Positions 12,641-21,473 of a stretch of DNA of 25,822 nt are shown piece by piece. A model generated the notes under the pieces. The model searched no databases and was not told the origin of the DNA. It saw nothing but the letters and a program-made list of their open reading frames with translations. Source of the stretch: Macrostomum lignano (lineage: Eukaryota); contig NIVC01000531.1 of NCBI GenBank assembly GCA_002269645.1, forward strand, positions 1-25,822, given 5' to 3'. How positions within the stretch are numbered: the first letter of the stretch is position 1; each line of letters begins with the position of its first letter. Made by a program: the position numbers and the translations under genes.

Positions 12641-14789
12641 TGGGCAGGTCCTATTCTCGTACATGTAAAGAGATCTTTGGTCTTGCAGTCCTCACTGTTT
12701 CGGAGTTTATGGTTTGCTAATCTAAACTGTGACAGCGTGAACTTTAATTCTAGAGTTTGAAGCTGTAGTAAAATTGACTTCTTCTTTAGTAGTCGTCGTC
12801 TTGCTTAAGATCCTCTTCATCATCCTTGCTCATGCAGAGCTTGAGGGGCTGAAGAACTGAGTAGTCAGAGTGCATAATCATCGAATTATTGTAGACCTTT
12901 TCCTCTTCTTGGTTCTGTACCAACGAGGTTCGATTTCTAGATGCAACTACGCAAGTACTTGTCTTGTTAGGGGAAACACCAAAGTAGCAATACAATTAAT
13001 GCAGAAATATTAGTTGAAGATTTTTTAAGTCTCTTCTTTTCTAATCTAGGATTGTAAGATGGAACCTTGTGATGGTAATCAATTTTTAGGGACAAGTTTT
13101 GACTGTACGAGTATTGGATGGACTTTTTCTTATTAGCTGGTATGGATATGGAGTAGACAGACAGAACGAGCTCACATGCTGCAGGGTTATCTGCCTTAAA
13201 AGTACATTGACCAATTTTTATGCTTTATGTGTCAGACTAAAGATAATTTTTCAACGAAAAAACTTGTTATTTGAATTTCCTTTCTATCTGGCTTCGGTCA
13301 AGATTTACACCAGGAAATGTGAAGGAAGGTCAGTACTAGTGTTACTCAACCTCGAATGTCTGTGGTGTCACATTTCCAATGCACCTCGGTACTTTGAAAT
13401 TGGTCAAGGTACGTGTCAAACTCTCTCTGCTTGATAGACTTTCATTGGTCACTTGCAACCATTGCCTCCCAAGCGCACTGGCACTACACTCTTACAACAT
13501 GCTAAAGTTTCCACCATGAAACCAGTGGTCAACTTTTCTCAGATTTCGGTCCCAAGTGACGCAATTCACATCCCGTCCGCGGATCGACTTTGGGTGATGC
13601 AACTTGCGTTACAAGCTTAGGCTGGTGAGGAGAGAGTGGAGAGTTATATGGCTAGGTTTAGATTAAAGCTGCCACTCTCTTACTTTAACAGGAACTTTAA
13701 CATGCTGATGAGTGTGTTATATACACCAAGGTCCTACTATGGCTGCCACCTTTCTTTAAAAGTATCTTCTACGAGCGTAAGGTAGAGCCCTGTGGTGGAG
13801 GGTTACCTTAGGTAACCAAGCAAGTCACAAGGAGTCACTGATTAGTTTATTCGCGGGTTAAGGTCTATCAGTAAGCACACTTTCCGGGACTAAAGATTCC
13901 ATGAGGAATGTGGACCCGCAGCCAGCAAGGAAGCAAGCAGTCATGCTCATTGCGTTAACCCCTGAGCACGCCTATGCACACGGTTACGTTCGCAGGCACA
14001 ATCACACAAGGTGTACAGTGGACCTGAAGGAGCGGCTCTTCATAAGCGAGAATCGCACAAGCACCAGGCAAATATTTCTTGCACAAGCCCCAAAATACGA
14101 GTACTTGGCCATATGTCTTATAACACATGTTATATGTTATTTTCTTCATGTGTAGAGTTTTATTTTACTACTTACTGCATTGAAACAAGTAGTCTGTGTT
14201 GCATATGGTTGCATAATTTTCTTTTATTTTTTAGCACTTTTTGCAGCATGTGTGTCTACTTTGAATTTTACGTTTTAATTCCGGGGCCGAACTTTATTCA
14301 ATGCATTCTCCAATTTCCGATGAAATCCCTATTTTATCCACTAGGAACCCAAGGAGGAGAACGATTGGGAAGTCTCGGCGTTTCTAGTCGACTTGAAATC
14401 GATCAATATCAGCCCTAATTTCTCTCCATTCCAGTGCTTAATTTCTACGTCCACTTTCGTGAGTATCAAGACGTCACATCACGGGCCACGCAGTGTAGTC
14501 GCATTCTGTCTTTATTTAGACAGTCTCTTGCTCTCTCGTGTATCTTTCAAAATTAGTGTCGATCCAGTTTATCGCACGTGCAGTTAACGCTCGTTGTTCA
14601 ATATCAAAAATGTGCACTTAAGTTTCTACGAGTATACAATGTGGAATAATTGGGTCTCTACTTTCTCCCTCAATGCCGGAAGACTCACTCAGCCTCACAA
14701 TCAAACCACGATGAGGTGGCTCCTCAAGCCTATACTCGTAGTAGCTATGTGCGTGCCGCCCAAGGCATAGAGACTCCCAAAACGCACTT

Positions 14790-14797
14790 AGTAGTAG
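14790..14797 (+). other. Candidate left terminus of the Maverick TIR (AGTAGTAG); preceding 6 bp GCACTT is the candidate target-site duplication
   Basis: Polinton termini begin 5'-AG and consist of 1-3 bp microrepeats. The motif sits ~35 bp before the first degenerate subterminal repeat unit (14824). The partner TIR is not in the window. Confidence 0.55.
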
Positions 14798-14866
14798 GGC
14801 GAATTATGATACTGCCGCACTAGCACTGGCGAGATAGGCGGCAATGCAAATGTATAGGGAAAAATA

Positions 14867-15130
14867 CACTGCGGAGATATGAGCCCTATCTCTGTGCATT
14901 GGGGACGGCTAAGCACTGCAGAGATATGAGCTCTATCTCTGTGCATTGGGGACGGCTAAGCACTGCAGAGATATGAGCTCTATCTCTGTGCATTGGGGAC
15001 GGCTAAGCACTGCAGAGATATGAGCTCTATCTCTGTGCATTGGGGACGGCTAAGCACTGCAGAGATATGAGCTCTATCTCTGTGCATTGGGGACGGCTAA
15101 GCACTGCAGAGATATGAGCTCTATCTCTGC
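14867..15130. repeat. Subterminal tandem array A: 47-bp unit, 5 full copies plus 1 partial, each with a CAGAGATA/TATCTCTG inverted repeat
   Basis: CACTG starts at 14867, 14914, 14961, 15008, 15055 and 15102. Unit: CACTGCAGAGATATGAGCTCTATCTCTGTGCATTGGGGACGGCTAAG. Confidence 0.97.
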
Positions 15131-15363
15131 TTAACACAGGAGTGATAGGAGAAGAGGCGGCCTATTTCTTTACACTGGAGATGGTTAACACTGCAGAGAT
15201 AGGAGGAGAGGCGGCCTATCTCTTTGCATTGGGGGTGGTTAACACTGCAGAGATAGGAGGAGAGGCGGCCTATCTCTTTGCATTGGGGGTGGTTAACACT
15301 GCAGAGATAGGAGGAGAGGCGGCCTATCTCTTTGCATTGGGGGTGGTTAACACTGCAGAGATA
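15131..15363. repeat. Subterminal tandem array B: 54-bp unit, 4 full copies plus 1 partial, each with an AGAGATAGG/CCTATCTCT inverted repeat
   Basis: TTAACAC starts at 15131 (degenerate copy), 15185, 15239, 15293 and 15347. Unit: TTAACACTGCAGAGATAGGAGGAGAGGCGGCCTATCTCTTTGCATTGGGGGTGG. Confidence 0.97.
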
Positions 15364-15378
15364 AGATGTTAATCTATG

Positions 15379-15500
15379 TAATTGGAAATAATGTTTGCGA
15401 AAGAGCCAATCACAGAGCCCGGAGTGGGATGGGTGGTTTGGGGTGGTTCGGTCGAGGGTATATAAGCCCCGAAATTGACAAGAAAGAATTCTCAATTTTT
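15379..15500 (+). promoter_or_regulatory. Canonical Pol II promoter for the PC4-like gene
   Basis: Reverse CCAAT (ATTGG 15381), AGCCAATCA (CCAAT at 15406), two GGGTGG GT-boxes (15431, 15441), TATATAAG (15459-15466) and Inr-like TCAATTT (15492), upstream of ATG 15571. Confidence 0.65.
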
Positions 15501-15570
15501 CAAATCCAAAATTTCATCCGAAATTTTCCTCAGCTTTTAACTTTTGTGAGTTTTCAATTGCGAAAGGAAA

Positions 15571-16347
15571 ATGGACATCTGTGAAGGCTATAAGGCACAA
15601 GTCCAGGAGTTTGAAGGACAAAAATTTATCGCTATTCGCAAATTTTACCGACACGGCAGCACGGCAAGTCTGAAGCCAGGCGTCCCAGGATTCAACCTGA
15701 ATGTTCACCAATGGAAGAAATTGAAGGAGGTGAAACGCTCACTTGTGATTTCTGCACGCAACAACGAGCCCAAGGTCGTGAAACTCGGCTTCGATAAGTT
15801 TGTGGAAGTCAAAGGCGGCATCATTTGGCTCAAACGGCTGCCGGAAGATTGCTGCGAGGAGTTTTTGAGACGAAACGCCGTACCACTGACTCCGCCGCTG
15901 TGGCAGAAGCTCTGGAAAATCGCCTCCTGGATCGACGGTCAGCTGGTGGCTCCCTTGAGGAACACAATGCAGTACGAGCTGGAGTCTGATGAGGAAGAGG
16001 AGGAAGAGGACAAGAAGCTCAAGTTGGAGGCTGACCAGGACACGAAGCCCATAATGGAGACTGATGAGGGCGGAGATCATGCTGATGACGAGGACGTTAG
16101 CTCGCCCACAAGGCCGCGCATTGTGACTGAGCCAATCACATCCACACCGATACCTTCGGTTGATTCTGATGCTGGACTGCTTCCGCAGCGGGACACCAAC
16201 CTTGAGGAAGATCCGGTGTGGTATCAGTTCAGGGCGCATGCAGCGGCTTCGACGGTGAGCAGCAGCAGCAGGAAGCGAAAGCTGCCATTTCAACTTCGTC
16301 GGCAGGACGCGATGAGGCTGCAGCCCAATGTTCGCTTTGATAACTGA
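15571..16347 (+). CDS. Protein with PC4/Sub1-like ssDNA-binding domain (probably two in tandem), acidic tract and basic C-terminal patch, 258 aa
   Basis: aa 1-57 (ICEGYKAQVQEFEGQKFIAIRKFY...LKPGVPGFNLNVHQWKKLKE) align by eye with the PC4 core ([24 protein letters not shown]...[20 protein letters not shown]). aa 69-125 repeat the pattern more weakly. Confidence 0.8.
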   Translation: MDICEGYKAQVQEFEGQKFIAIRKFYRHGSTASLKPGVPGFNLNVHQWKKLKEVKRSLVISARNNEPKVVKLGFDKFVEVKGGIIWLKRLPEDCCEEFLRRNAVPLTPPLWQKLWKIASWIDGQLVAPLRNTMQYELESDEEEEEEDKKLKLEADQDTKPIMETDEGGDHADDEDVSSPTRPRIVTEPITSTPIPSVDSDAGLLPQRDTNLEEDPVWYQFRAHAAASTVSSSSRKRKLPFQLRRQDAMRLQPNVRFDN

Positions 16348-16553
16348 ACAGCTAGAATGCTTTGAATGCATTGGACTAACTAAATTACTTTTAGCTTGCA
16401 CATGATTATCCAGCCTGACGGCACTATGCTGTTTTTTATCTCTGCTATTTCTGAAATGCTGGTGTGCGAGTGTTTTAGTGTTCGTTTTTATGGATTGTTT
16501 GCTTTCGGAAAATACACCGACTGTTACGATGTTAGAGGTTTCAATCTGACAGT

Positions 16554-16559
16554 AATAAA
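16554..16559 (+). terminator. Candidate polyadenylation signal AATAAA for the PC4-like gene
   Basis: AATAAA ~200 nt after stop 16347 in the AT-rich intergenic region. Confidence 0.45.
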
Positions 16560-16587
16560 TTAATTTGCCACTCGTTTCTCTATCATT

Positions 16588-16616
16588 TAATTGGAATATA
16601 AATTTCTACTTAAGAA
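16588..16616 (+). promoter_or_regulatory. Candidate integrase promoter: TAATTGGAA, TATAAAT (16597) and CTTAAGAA (16609)
   Basis: Motifs lie 59-80 nt upstream of ATG 16668. Confidence 0.45.
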
Positions 16617-16667
16617 AAAATACTGTACAGCTAGAGCAGGTGGATAGGCACGTATCTTGATAAACCC

Positions 16668-17738
16668 ATGATGGAGAAAATTTATTTGAAACCTGAGCAA
16701 CCGGCTAGTTTTTCTTGTGCCTCAAAGTTGCTGCATGAAGTGAGGCAAAGAGGTGATCGAATATCTGCAAAGAGCATTGAGCAGTGGCTCAGCGAGCAGC
16801 CAGTGCACACTCTGCACAAGCCAGCTAGGAGGCGATATCCAAGGGCCCCAATCATAGTGCGCGCAATCGATGATCAGTGGGAACTTGACTTAGTGGAAAT
16901 GATTCCATTCGCAAAGCATAATAAAGGCTACAAATATATTCTCACATGCATTGACGTGCTCTCAAAATGTGCTTGGGCCAAGGCACTGAAAAATAAATCT
17001 GCTGCAGAAGTGAAGTCAGCATTCGAGAGCATACTGAGAAGTTCAAAGCGCCAGCCACGCACAGTTCGCACAGATCAGGGGAAGGAATTTATCAACTCCA
17101 CTTTCCGTCAATACTGCATTGACAGAGGGATTCTGGCTTTCCCAACTAACAGCGAGCAGAAGGCAGCTGTCATTGAGCGATGGAATCGAACTCTGAAAAG
17201 TAGAATGTGGCGCTACTTCACCTACAAGAGCACACTGCACTGGCTTGATGTGCTGCCTAAGCTGGTAAAATCCTACAACAATACCTACCACAGAAGCATC
17301 AAAATGGCACCCACTAGTGTCTGCAAAGAGAATGAATCTGAAGTGTGGATGAACCTGTACGATGGAAAAGCAGTCGAGACTCTAGAAAAATTAAAGAAGC
17401 CTAAGTTCGCTGAAAACCAGTCAGTGAGAATTTCCAATGCTCCACGGATATTCAAAAAGGGATACAAAGCGAGCTGGAGTGAGGAAGTGTACACCGTGGT
17501 GAGCAGAGCCCCAAAACATTATCCCTACATGTACAAGATTAAAGACATGCGGGGGCAAGAGATTCGAGGACTCTTCCATGAGCACGAGCTGCAGGCTGTC
17601 CCGGACTCACAGCGGCTGTATGTGATTGAGAAGATCCTGAAAACGGAGAAGCGGAAGGGAAAAATTCGCTATCTGGTGAAATGGGCGGGCTACGACTCGA
17701 CTGGCTGGGTGGATGAAAAAGACTTAAGAAAGGTTTAG
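16668..17738 (+). CDS. INT: Retroviral-like (rve) DDE integrase with C-terminal chromodomain, 356 aa
   Basis: Catalytic motifs QWELDL, RTDQGKEF and VIERWNRTLK. Chromodomain YVIEKILK...YLVKWAGYDSTGWVDEKDL (17619-17735). The ORF is uninterrupted. Confidence 0.95.
   Translation: MMEKIYLKPEQPASFSCASKLLHEVRQRGDRISAKSIEQWLSEQPVHTLHKPARRRYPRAPIIVRAIDDQWELDLVEMIPFAKHNKGYKYILTCIDVLSKCAWAKALKNKSAAEVKSAFESILRSSKRQPRTVRTDQGKEFINSTFRQYCIDRGILAFPTNSEQKAAVIERWNRTLKSRMWRYFTYKSTLHWLDVLPKLVKSYNNTYHRSIKMAPTSVCKENESEVWMNLYDGKAVETLEKLKKPKFAENQSVRISNAPRIFKKGYKASWSEEVYTVVSRAPKHYPYMYKIKDMRGQEIRGLFHEHELQAVPDSQRLYVIEKILKTEKRKGKIRYLVKWAGYDSTGWVDEKDLRKV
17723..17730 (+). promoter_or_regulatory. CTTAAGAA box, 44 nt upstream of minor capsid ATG
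   Basis: Recurrent element motif at conserved spacing (see findings). Confidence 0.5.
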
Positions 17739-17766
17739 CTTTGGCACAGCCCTCATCATGTAGTTT

Positions 17767-18585
17767 ATGATTATAATGCGAACTATTTTGATTAACAGTG
17801 AGCATGCTGAAGGTACTCCTAGTGACTTTAATTTTTACCTGCCTTCACCTATTTACTTGGATCGAAATGTGGACTATGAGGCAGGTCTGGCTGAAATCCA
17901 TCTGCCTGCTGCATGGTTCAATGTTGACGAGCCTTACTGCTTCACTGTCTCAGATGGAAGAGAGCATGAGGCCCTGGTTCTTCAACCCGGACGCTTTGCT
18001 AGAGTGGAGGAGCTGGTGGAGCGCCTGAATGAGCTGCTGGCCAACTCTGATTCGCTGTTCTTTGATGCAATGAGTGACAGGGAGTCTGAGATGGAGGCTG
18101 ATGAGTCCGGCCTGATGGGGCGTAGTGGCAACAGGGAATTTGGTATGAAGTTCGAAATCCGCAACTCACGAACTGTGGTGCACAACAACACTGCGAGAGC
18201 AGAGCTGTTTCTTCCATCTAGTAAAATTCTGCATTGGCTGGGATTTGGAAACCAGGCTGTGAAAATCCAGCCAGGGAGCCGCGTATCCGAGCATTGCATT
18301 GGCTGCCCGCGCACCAGCTTAATCAATGTGCACTGCAGTATCGTTGAGTCAACTAATTGCAACTGGAGCTCCTTGTTGAGAACAGTTGGAATGAAAGCTG
18401 GCATTGAATGGGGCAACTATCAAACAAAAATATTTAAGAAAACAATATTCTTCCCGATTCAACGAATCAGTCTTCTTCACAGCATTCGAGTTCAGCTGCG
18501 GGACATCTATGGTTGCCCACTGATTGCACAGACTCACAGCCCTGTTCTGCTTACAGTTCAAATTCAGGAGAAACGCATTCAATGA
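17767..18585 (+). CDS. PX: Polinton minor capsid protein (penton, single jelly-roll), 272 aa
   Basis: N-terminal NSE...PSDFNFYLPSPIYL...YEAGLAEI and C-terminal INVHCSIVE...LLRTV...FFPI...SIRVQLRDIYGCPL match the Polinton PX pattern. Typical position between integrase and capsid genes. Confidence 0.8.
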   Translation: MIIMRTILINSEHAEGTPSDFNFYLPSPIYLDRNVDYEAGLAEIHLPAAWFNVDEPYCFTVSDGREHEALVLQPGRFARVEELVERLNELLANSDSLFFDAMSDRESEMEADESGLMGRSGNREFGMKFEIRNSRTVVHNNTARAELFLPSSKILHWLGFGNQAVKIQPGSRVSEHCIGCPRTSLINVHCSIVESTNCNWSSLLRTVGMKAGIEWGNYQTKIFKKTIFFPIQRISLLHSIRVQLRDIYGCPLIAQTHSPVLLTVQIQEKRIQ

Positions 18586-18958
18586 ACTACCAGCAGCTAA
18601 TCCAGCAATATTCGGGGTGAGGACAGGACACGAAAAGCCTGCACTCTATGGCTGTGGGAGCTTCCCAGGGATCATGACATACCAGCCTCCGCCAGCGGCT
18701 ATATCATCATCATCAGCCTCGACGCTTAGCAACGTCAGGCGCAAAAGAAATACTGAAGCAAGTCCGAAACGATTGAAGAAAAAGAAGGGCACCCGAAAGG
18801 CAACTGGTGGAAATCGCAGTAAGAGGTCGAGCAAGGCTAGTGGGAAAAAGCTTAAGAATAGGAAGACGAAAGCAAAGAAGAATAGAGCAGGCGGAGGAAA
18901 GCGAAAGCAAAAAGTCAGCAAGAAAACTGTGAAACGCGTGCTCGACTCTCTGTCATAG
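18582..18958 (+). CDS. Small highly basic (K/R-rich) putative virion core / DNA-condensing protein; probable 1-nt deletion at G4 18614-18617
   Basis: ATG 18582 overlaps the PX stop (ATGA). Restoring one G gives MNYQQLIQQYSGVRTGHEKPALYGCGSF... joined to the K/R-rich tail of the tracked ORF 18524..18958. Confidence 0.65.
18851..18858 (+). promoter_or_regulatory. CTTAAGAA box, 110 nt upstream of major capsid ATG
   Basis: Recurrent element motif. Confidence 0.4.
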
Positions 18959-18960
18959 AC

Positions 18961-20244
18961 ATGGCTTACGGATTCAATCCCAGACTTGATTTATTTAAGA
19001 CGCCCGTTCTACAAACCTGCATTGAAAAAGCTACTTATGTTGATATTCACCCAGTTAATTCCATTGTTGCAAACTCTCCCATTGAATTTGACTGCCACCA
19101 ATCTGCCGATGAATATACAGATCTGCTTAATTCTTTTCTTTATATTCGCTGCCGCCTTGTGAGACTGGATGGGGGTTTGCTGAGGGAGGATGTTCGAGAT
19201 GGAGATGGCATCATCACCGAGCGCAGAGACAGTGACGTGCACCCAGAAAATTTTGTTCTGTCTACAGCCTTCTCAGATGTAATTGTGAGCATTAACCAGC
19301 GAGTGGTGTCTGGTGGAGACCAGCTCTATCCCTACCATGCGTACTTCAAAGCACTAATGAGCTCATCCGATGCCCAGCAACTAAAACTTTACCCTGCTGG
19401 CTTCCTGGAGCCGAACTCGGCAGCTGAAGAGCACACGGAGAGCCACAGGGAATCCCAATGGATGGAGTATGCGGGGCCGCTCTTCAGCGATGTTTTCCAG
19501 TGCCCAGTGTTTCTGCTAAGCAATCTGCACCTGCACATCAAACTGGTCCCCAGCGATGGGGCCTTTGCCATCAGAACCCCGAATGCAAACAACGCGGCAT
19601 ACCGAATGGAAATCTCTCACAGCATTCTGCATCTTCGCCGAGTCAAAGTGATGCCCCACATCAGCCTGGCCCATGAGCAGGGGCTGACAAACCAAAATGC
19701 ACTGTATCCCATCGAGCGAACTGAAATGCAGAACTTCATCCTACCCCAGGGTATTCAGTCAAAAAACATTGAAGGATTCACTCATGGAAAATTGCCGAAG
19801 TTCATCATGCTGGCCTTCGTGAGCCACCGAGCATTCAACGGTCATCATCACGCGAGCCCGTTACAGTTCCAGAGCTTCAACCTTAGCCGATTGGCTCTAA
19901 AGAAAGGTGGGGAAACCGTGTGCCACGGCGCCTTCACACCTGAAAACAATTCCTTCGTAAGAGAATACTTGCACTACCTGAAAAGCTGTCAATCTGCAAG
20001 CCACACAAACTCGGTCCCGTGGATCCCCTACCAGCTCTTCTCCAACAACACCACGGTGTTTGCATTCGATCTCACACCCGAGGGAGCGGCTCTGTGGTAC
20101 GGACAGAAGGAGGGCAACCTGCGGCTGGAGATTCGCTTCCAACAGGCTCTGAATGAAGCGGTGTCCCTGATTGCTATGTGCCTGTATGACTCGCTGATTG
20201 AGGTCACCAAGCACCGAGAGCTTTTGCTGGACTATTCCTCTTAA
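18961..20244 (+). CDS. PY: Polinton major capsid protein (double jelly-roll), 427 aa
   Basis: LDLFKTPVLQTCIE...HPVNSI...PIEF...YTDLLNSFLYIRCRL...DG at the N-terminus; LPKFIMLAFVSHRAFNG...PLQFQSFNL and VFAFDLTP...GNLRLEIRF...L at the C-terminus. Typical PY size; the ORF is uninterrupted. Confidence 0.92.
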   Translation: MAYGFNPRLDLFKTPVLQTCIEKATYVDIHPVNSIVANSPIEFDCHQSADEYTDLLNSFLYIRCRLVRLDGGLLREDVRDGDGIITERRDSDVHPENFVLSTAFSDVIVSINQRVVSGGDQLYPYHAYFKALMSSSDAQQLKLYPAGFLEPNSAAEEHTESHRESQWMEYAGPLFSDVFQCPVFLLSNLHLHIKLVPSDGAFAIRTPNANNAAYRMEISHSILHLRRVKVMPHISLAHEQGLTNQNALYPIERTEMQNFILPQGIQSKNIEGFTHGKLPKFIMLAFVSHRAFNGHHHASPLQFQSFNLSRLALKKGGETVCHGAFTPENNSFVREYLHYLKSCQSASHTNSVPWIPYQLFSNNTTVFAFDLTPEGAALWYGQKEGNLRLEIRFQQALNEAVSLIAMCLYDSLIEVTKHRELLLDYSS

Positions 20245-20249
20245 TTGAC

Positions 20250-20762
20250 ATGGATGCAATTCAACTACTTAATCTCGCCAGAAAATTTTTGCCTTACCAA
20301 AAATTTCTCATAGTTACTTTACATTTGCGCTATAAAAATTCTCTGCCCTTGAATGTAAAAAGAAAATTTAGATCATCAATTTCCTTTGAAAACAAGTTTG
20401 TTTTTGTCCTACTTCAGCACAATGGCTCATTTGGTCACTGGGTGGTGTGCTATGTTGGGCAAGGAAATCGCATTGAGTTGTTCAACTCCCTCGGCTGGGA
20501 ACCTGAAATTTTATCTTTGGTTTATAATTTGTTTCGAGAGATTAAAACAACTGGCTTTTGGCTCCGAAGCAATATAAACAGAGTTCAATGTGCTAACTCT
20601 AATAAATGCGGAATGTTTTGCATCTATTTTGCTTATCAAAAGTTTCTGTTCAATCGGTCATTTGAGGGGATTTTGAAGCATTTGCATGCTAATGAGAAAA
20701 ATCATTTGAATGATAGAATCTTACAGAGGTTTGAAGCCAACTTAAGAAAAAGATGTCCGTGA
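20250..20762 (+). CDS. PRO: Adenain-like (clan CE) cysteine maturation protease, 170 aa
   Basis: GHWVV (His63), LFNSLG (Asn79 at the usual Asp/Glu position), RVQ (Gln113) and CGMFC (Cys120). Confidence 0.88.
   Translation: MDAIQLLNLARKFLPYQKFLIVTLHLRYKNSLPLNVKRKFRSSISFENKFVFVLLQHNGSFGHWVVCYVGQGNRIELFNSLGWEPEILSLVYNLFREIKTTGFWLRSNINRVQCANSNKCGMFCIYFAYQKFLFNRSFEGILKHLHANEKNHLNDRILQRFEANLRKRCP
20741..20748 (+). promoter_or_regulatory. CTTAAGAA box, 45 nt upstream of the in-frame ATPase ATG 20786 (12 nt upstream of ATG 20753)
   Basis: Recurrent element motif at conserved spacing. Confidence 0.5.
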
Positions 20763-21432
20763 TTTCTAATATTTATGCATTAAACATGGGAGAAAAGCAA
20801 GTTTGCTACGATATCCGCCTCAGGCAGGGAAGCTGCATGATTGTCTGCGGGCCCACCAATGCAGGAAAAACAACCTTTGTCGAACACCTGATCCAGTACA
20901 GAGACGTCATGTTTGATGTGAAGCCTGGCAGAGTTCTGTGGTACTATGGGATCTCACAGGCAGGCCATGCAGAACTGAACAGCCTAGGTGTGCAGCTGCG
21001 CCAGGGATTTCCCACCAACATCGAGGCAGCACTTAGGCCCAATGACCTGGTTGTTTTCGATGACTTAATAGAGGAAACTTCAAACTCTGCTTCAATGCGA
21101 AATTTTTTCACAGGAATCGCACATCACTTGCCGTGCTTTTTGGTGATGCTGACTCAGAATATATTTTTCAAGGGAAAAGAGTCGCGAACAATGAGCTTGA
21201 ATGTAATGTACTTAGCTATCTTGAAAAACCCCGAGACCAGCTGCAGATTGCAGCACTGGGCAGGCAGTGCTTTACAGAGAAGCCCGGCTTTCTGCTGTCA
21301 GTGTTCAAGCACGTGACCGCGCAGGGCAGGGGAGCCTACCTGTTCCTAGACTTTCACCCATCAACTCCCGATGAGCTGCGAGTGCGGGCCAGAATTCTGC
21401 CCAACCAGCGACCCCATCTTGTATTTGCTTAA
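20753..21432 (+). CDS. ATP: A32/FtsK-family genome-packaging ATPase; 1-nt deletion at C4 21229-21232 splits it into two tracked ORFs
   Basis: Walker A GPTNAGKT, Walker B LVVFDDL, AHH...LTQN and RTMSLN. Adding one C restores the conserved KNPRDQLQI and continues to YLFLDF...LRVR...VFA*. The true start may be 20786. Confidence 0.92.
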
Positions 21433-21435
21433 GAA
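21428..21435 (+). promoter_or_regulatory. CTTAAGAA box, 46 nt upstream of ATG 21474
   Basis: Recurrent element motif at conserved spacing. Confidence 0.5.
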
Positions 21436-21473
21436 AGTGAAGCTTGTTTTTATCAGCTATTGTTTTCATCGCA

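Noticed and set aside
13801-13817. Palindrome GGTTACCT-T-AGGTAACC
   Set aside because: A single 8-bp-arm palindrome is expected roughly by chance in ~13 kb of non-satellite sequence, and there is no supporting context.
12786-14587. Short ORFs in the spacer region
   Set aside because: No recognisable motifs, several non-ATG starts, and overlapping on both strands; consistent with chance.
14738-14745. GTAGTAGC as an alternative element terminus
   Set aside because: Shorter microrepeat and further from the subterminal arrays than AGTAGTAG at 14790; cannot be excluded without the right TIR.
15121-15584. ORFs over the subterminal arrays and promoter
   Set aside because: They are translations of the 54-bp (18-codon) repeat and promoter DNA; no protein signature.
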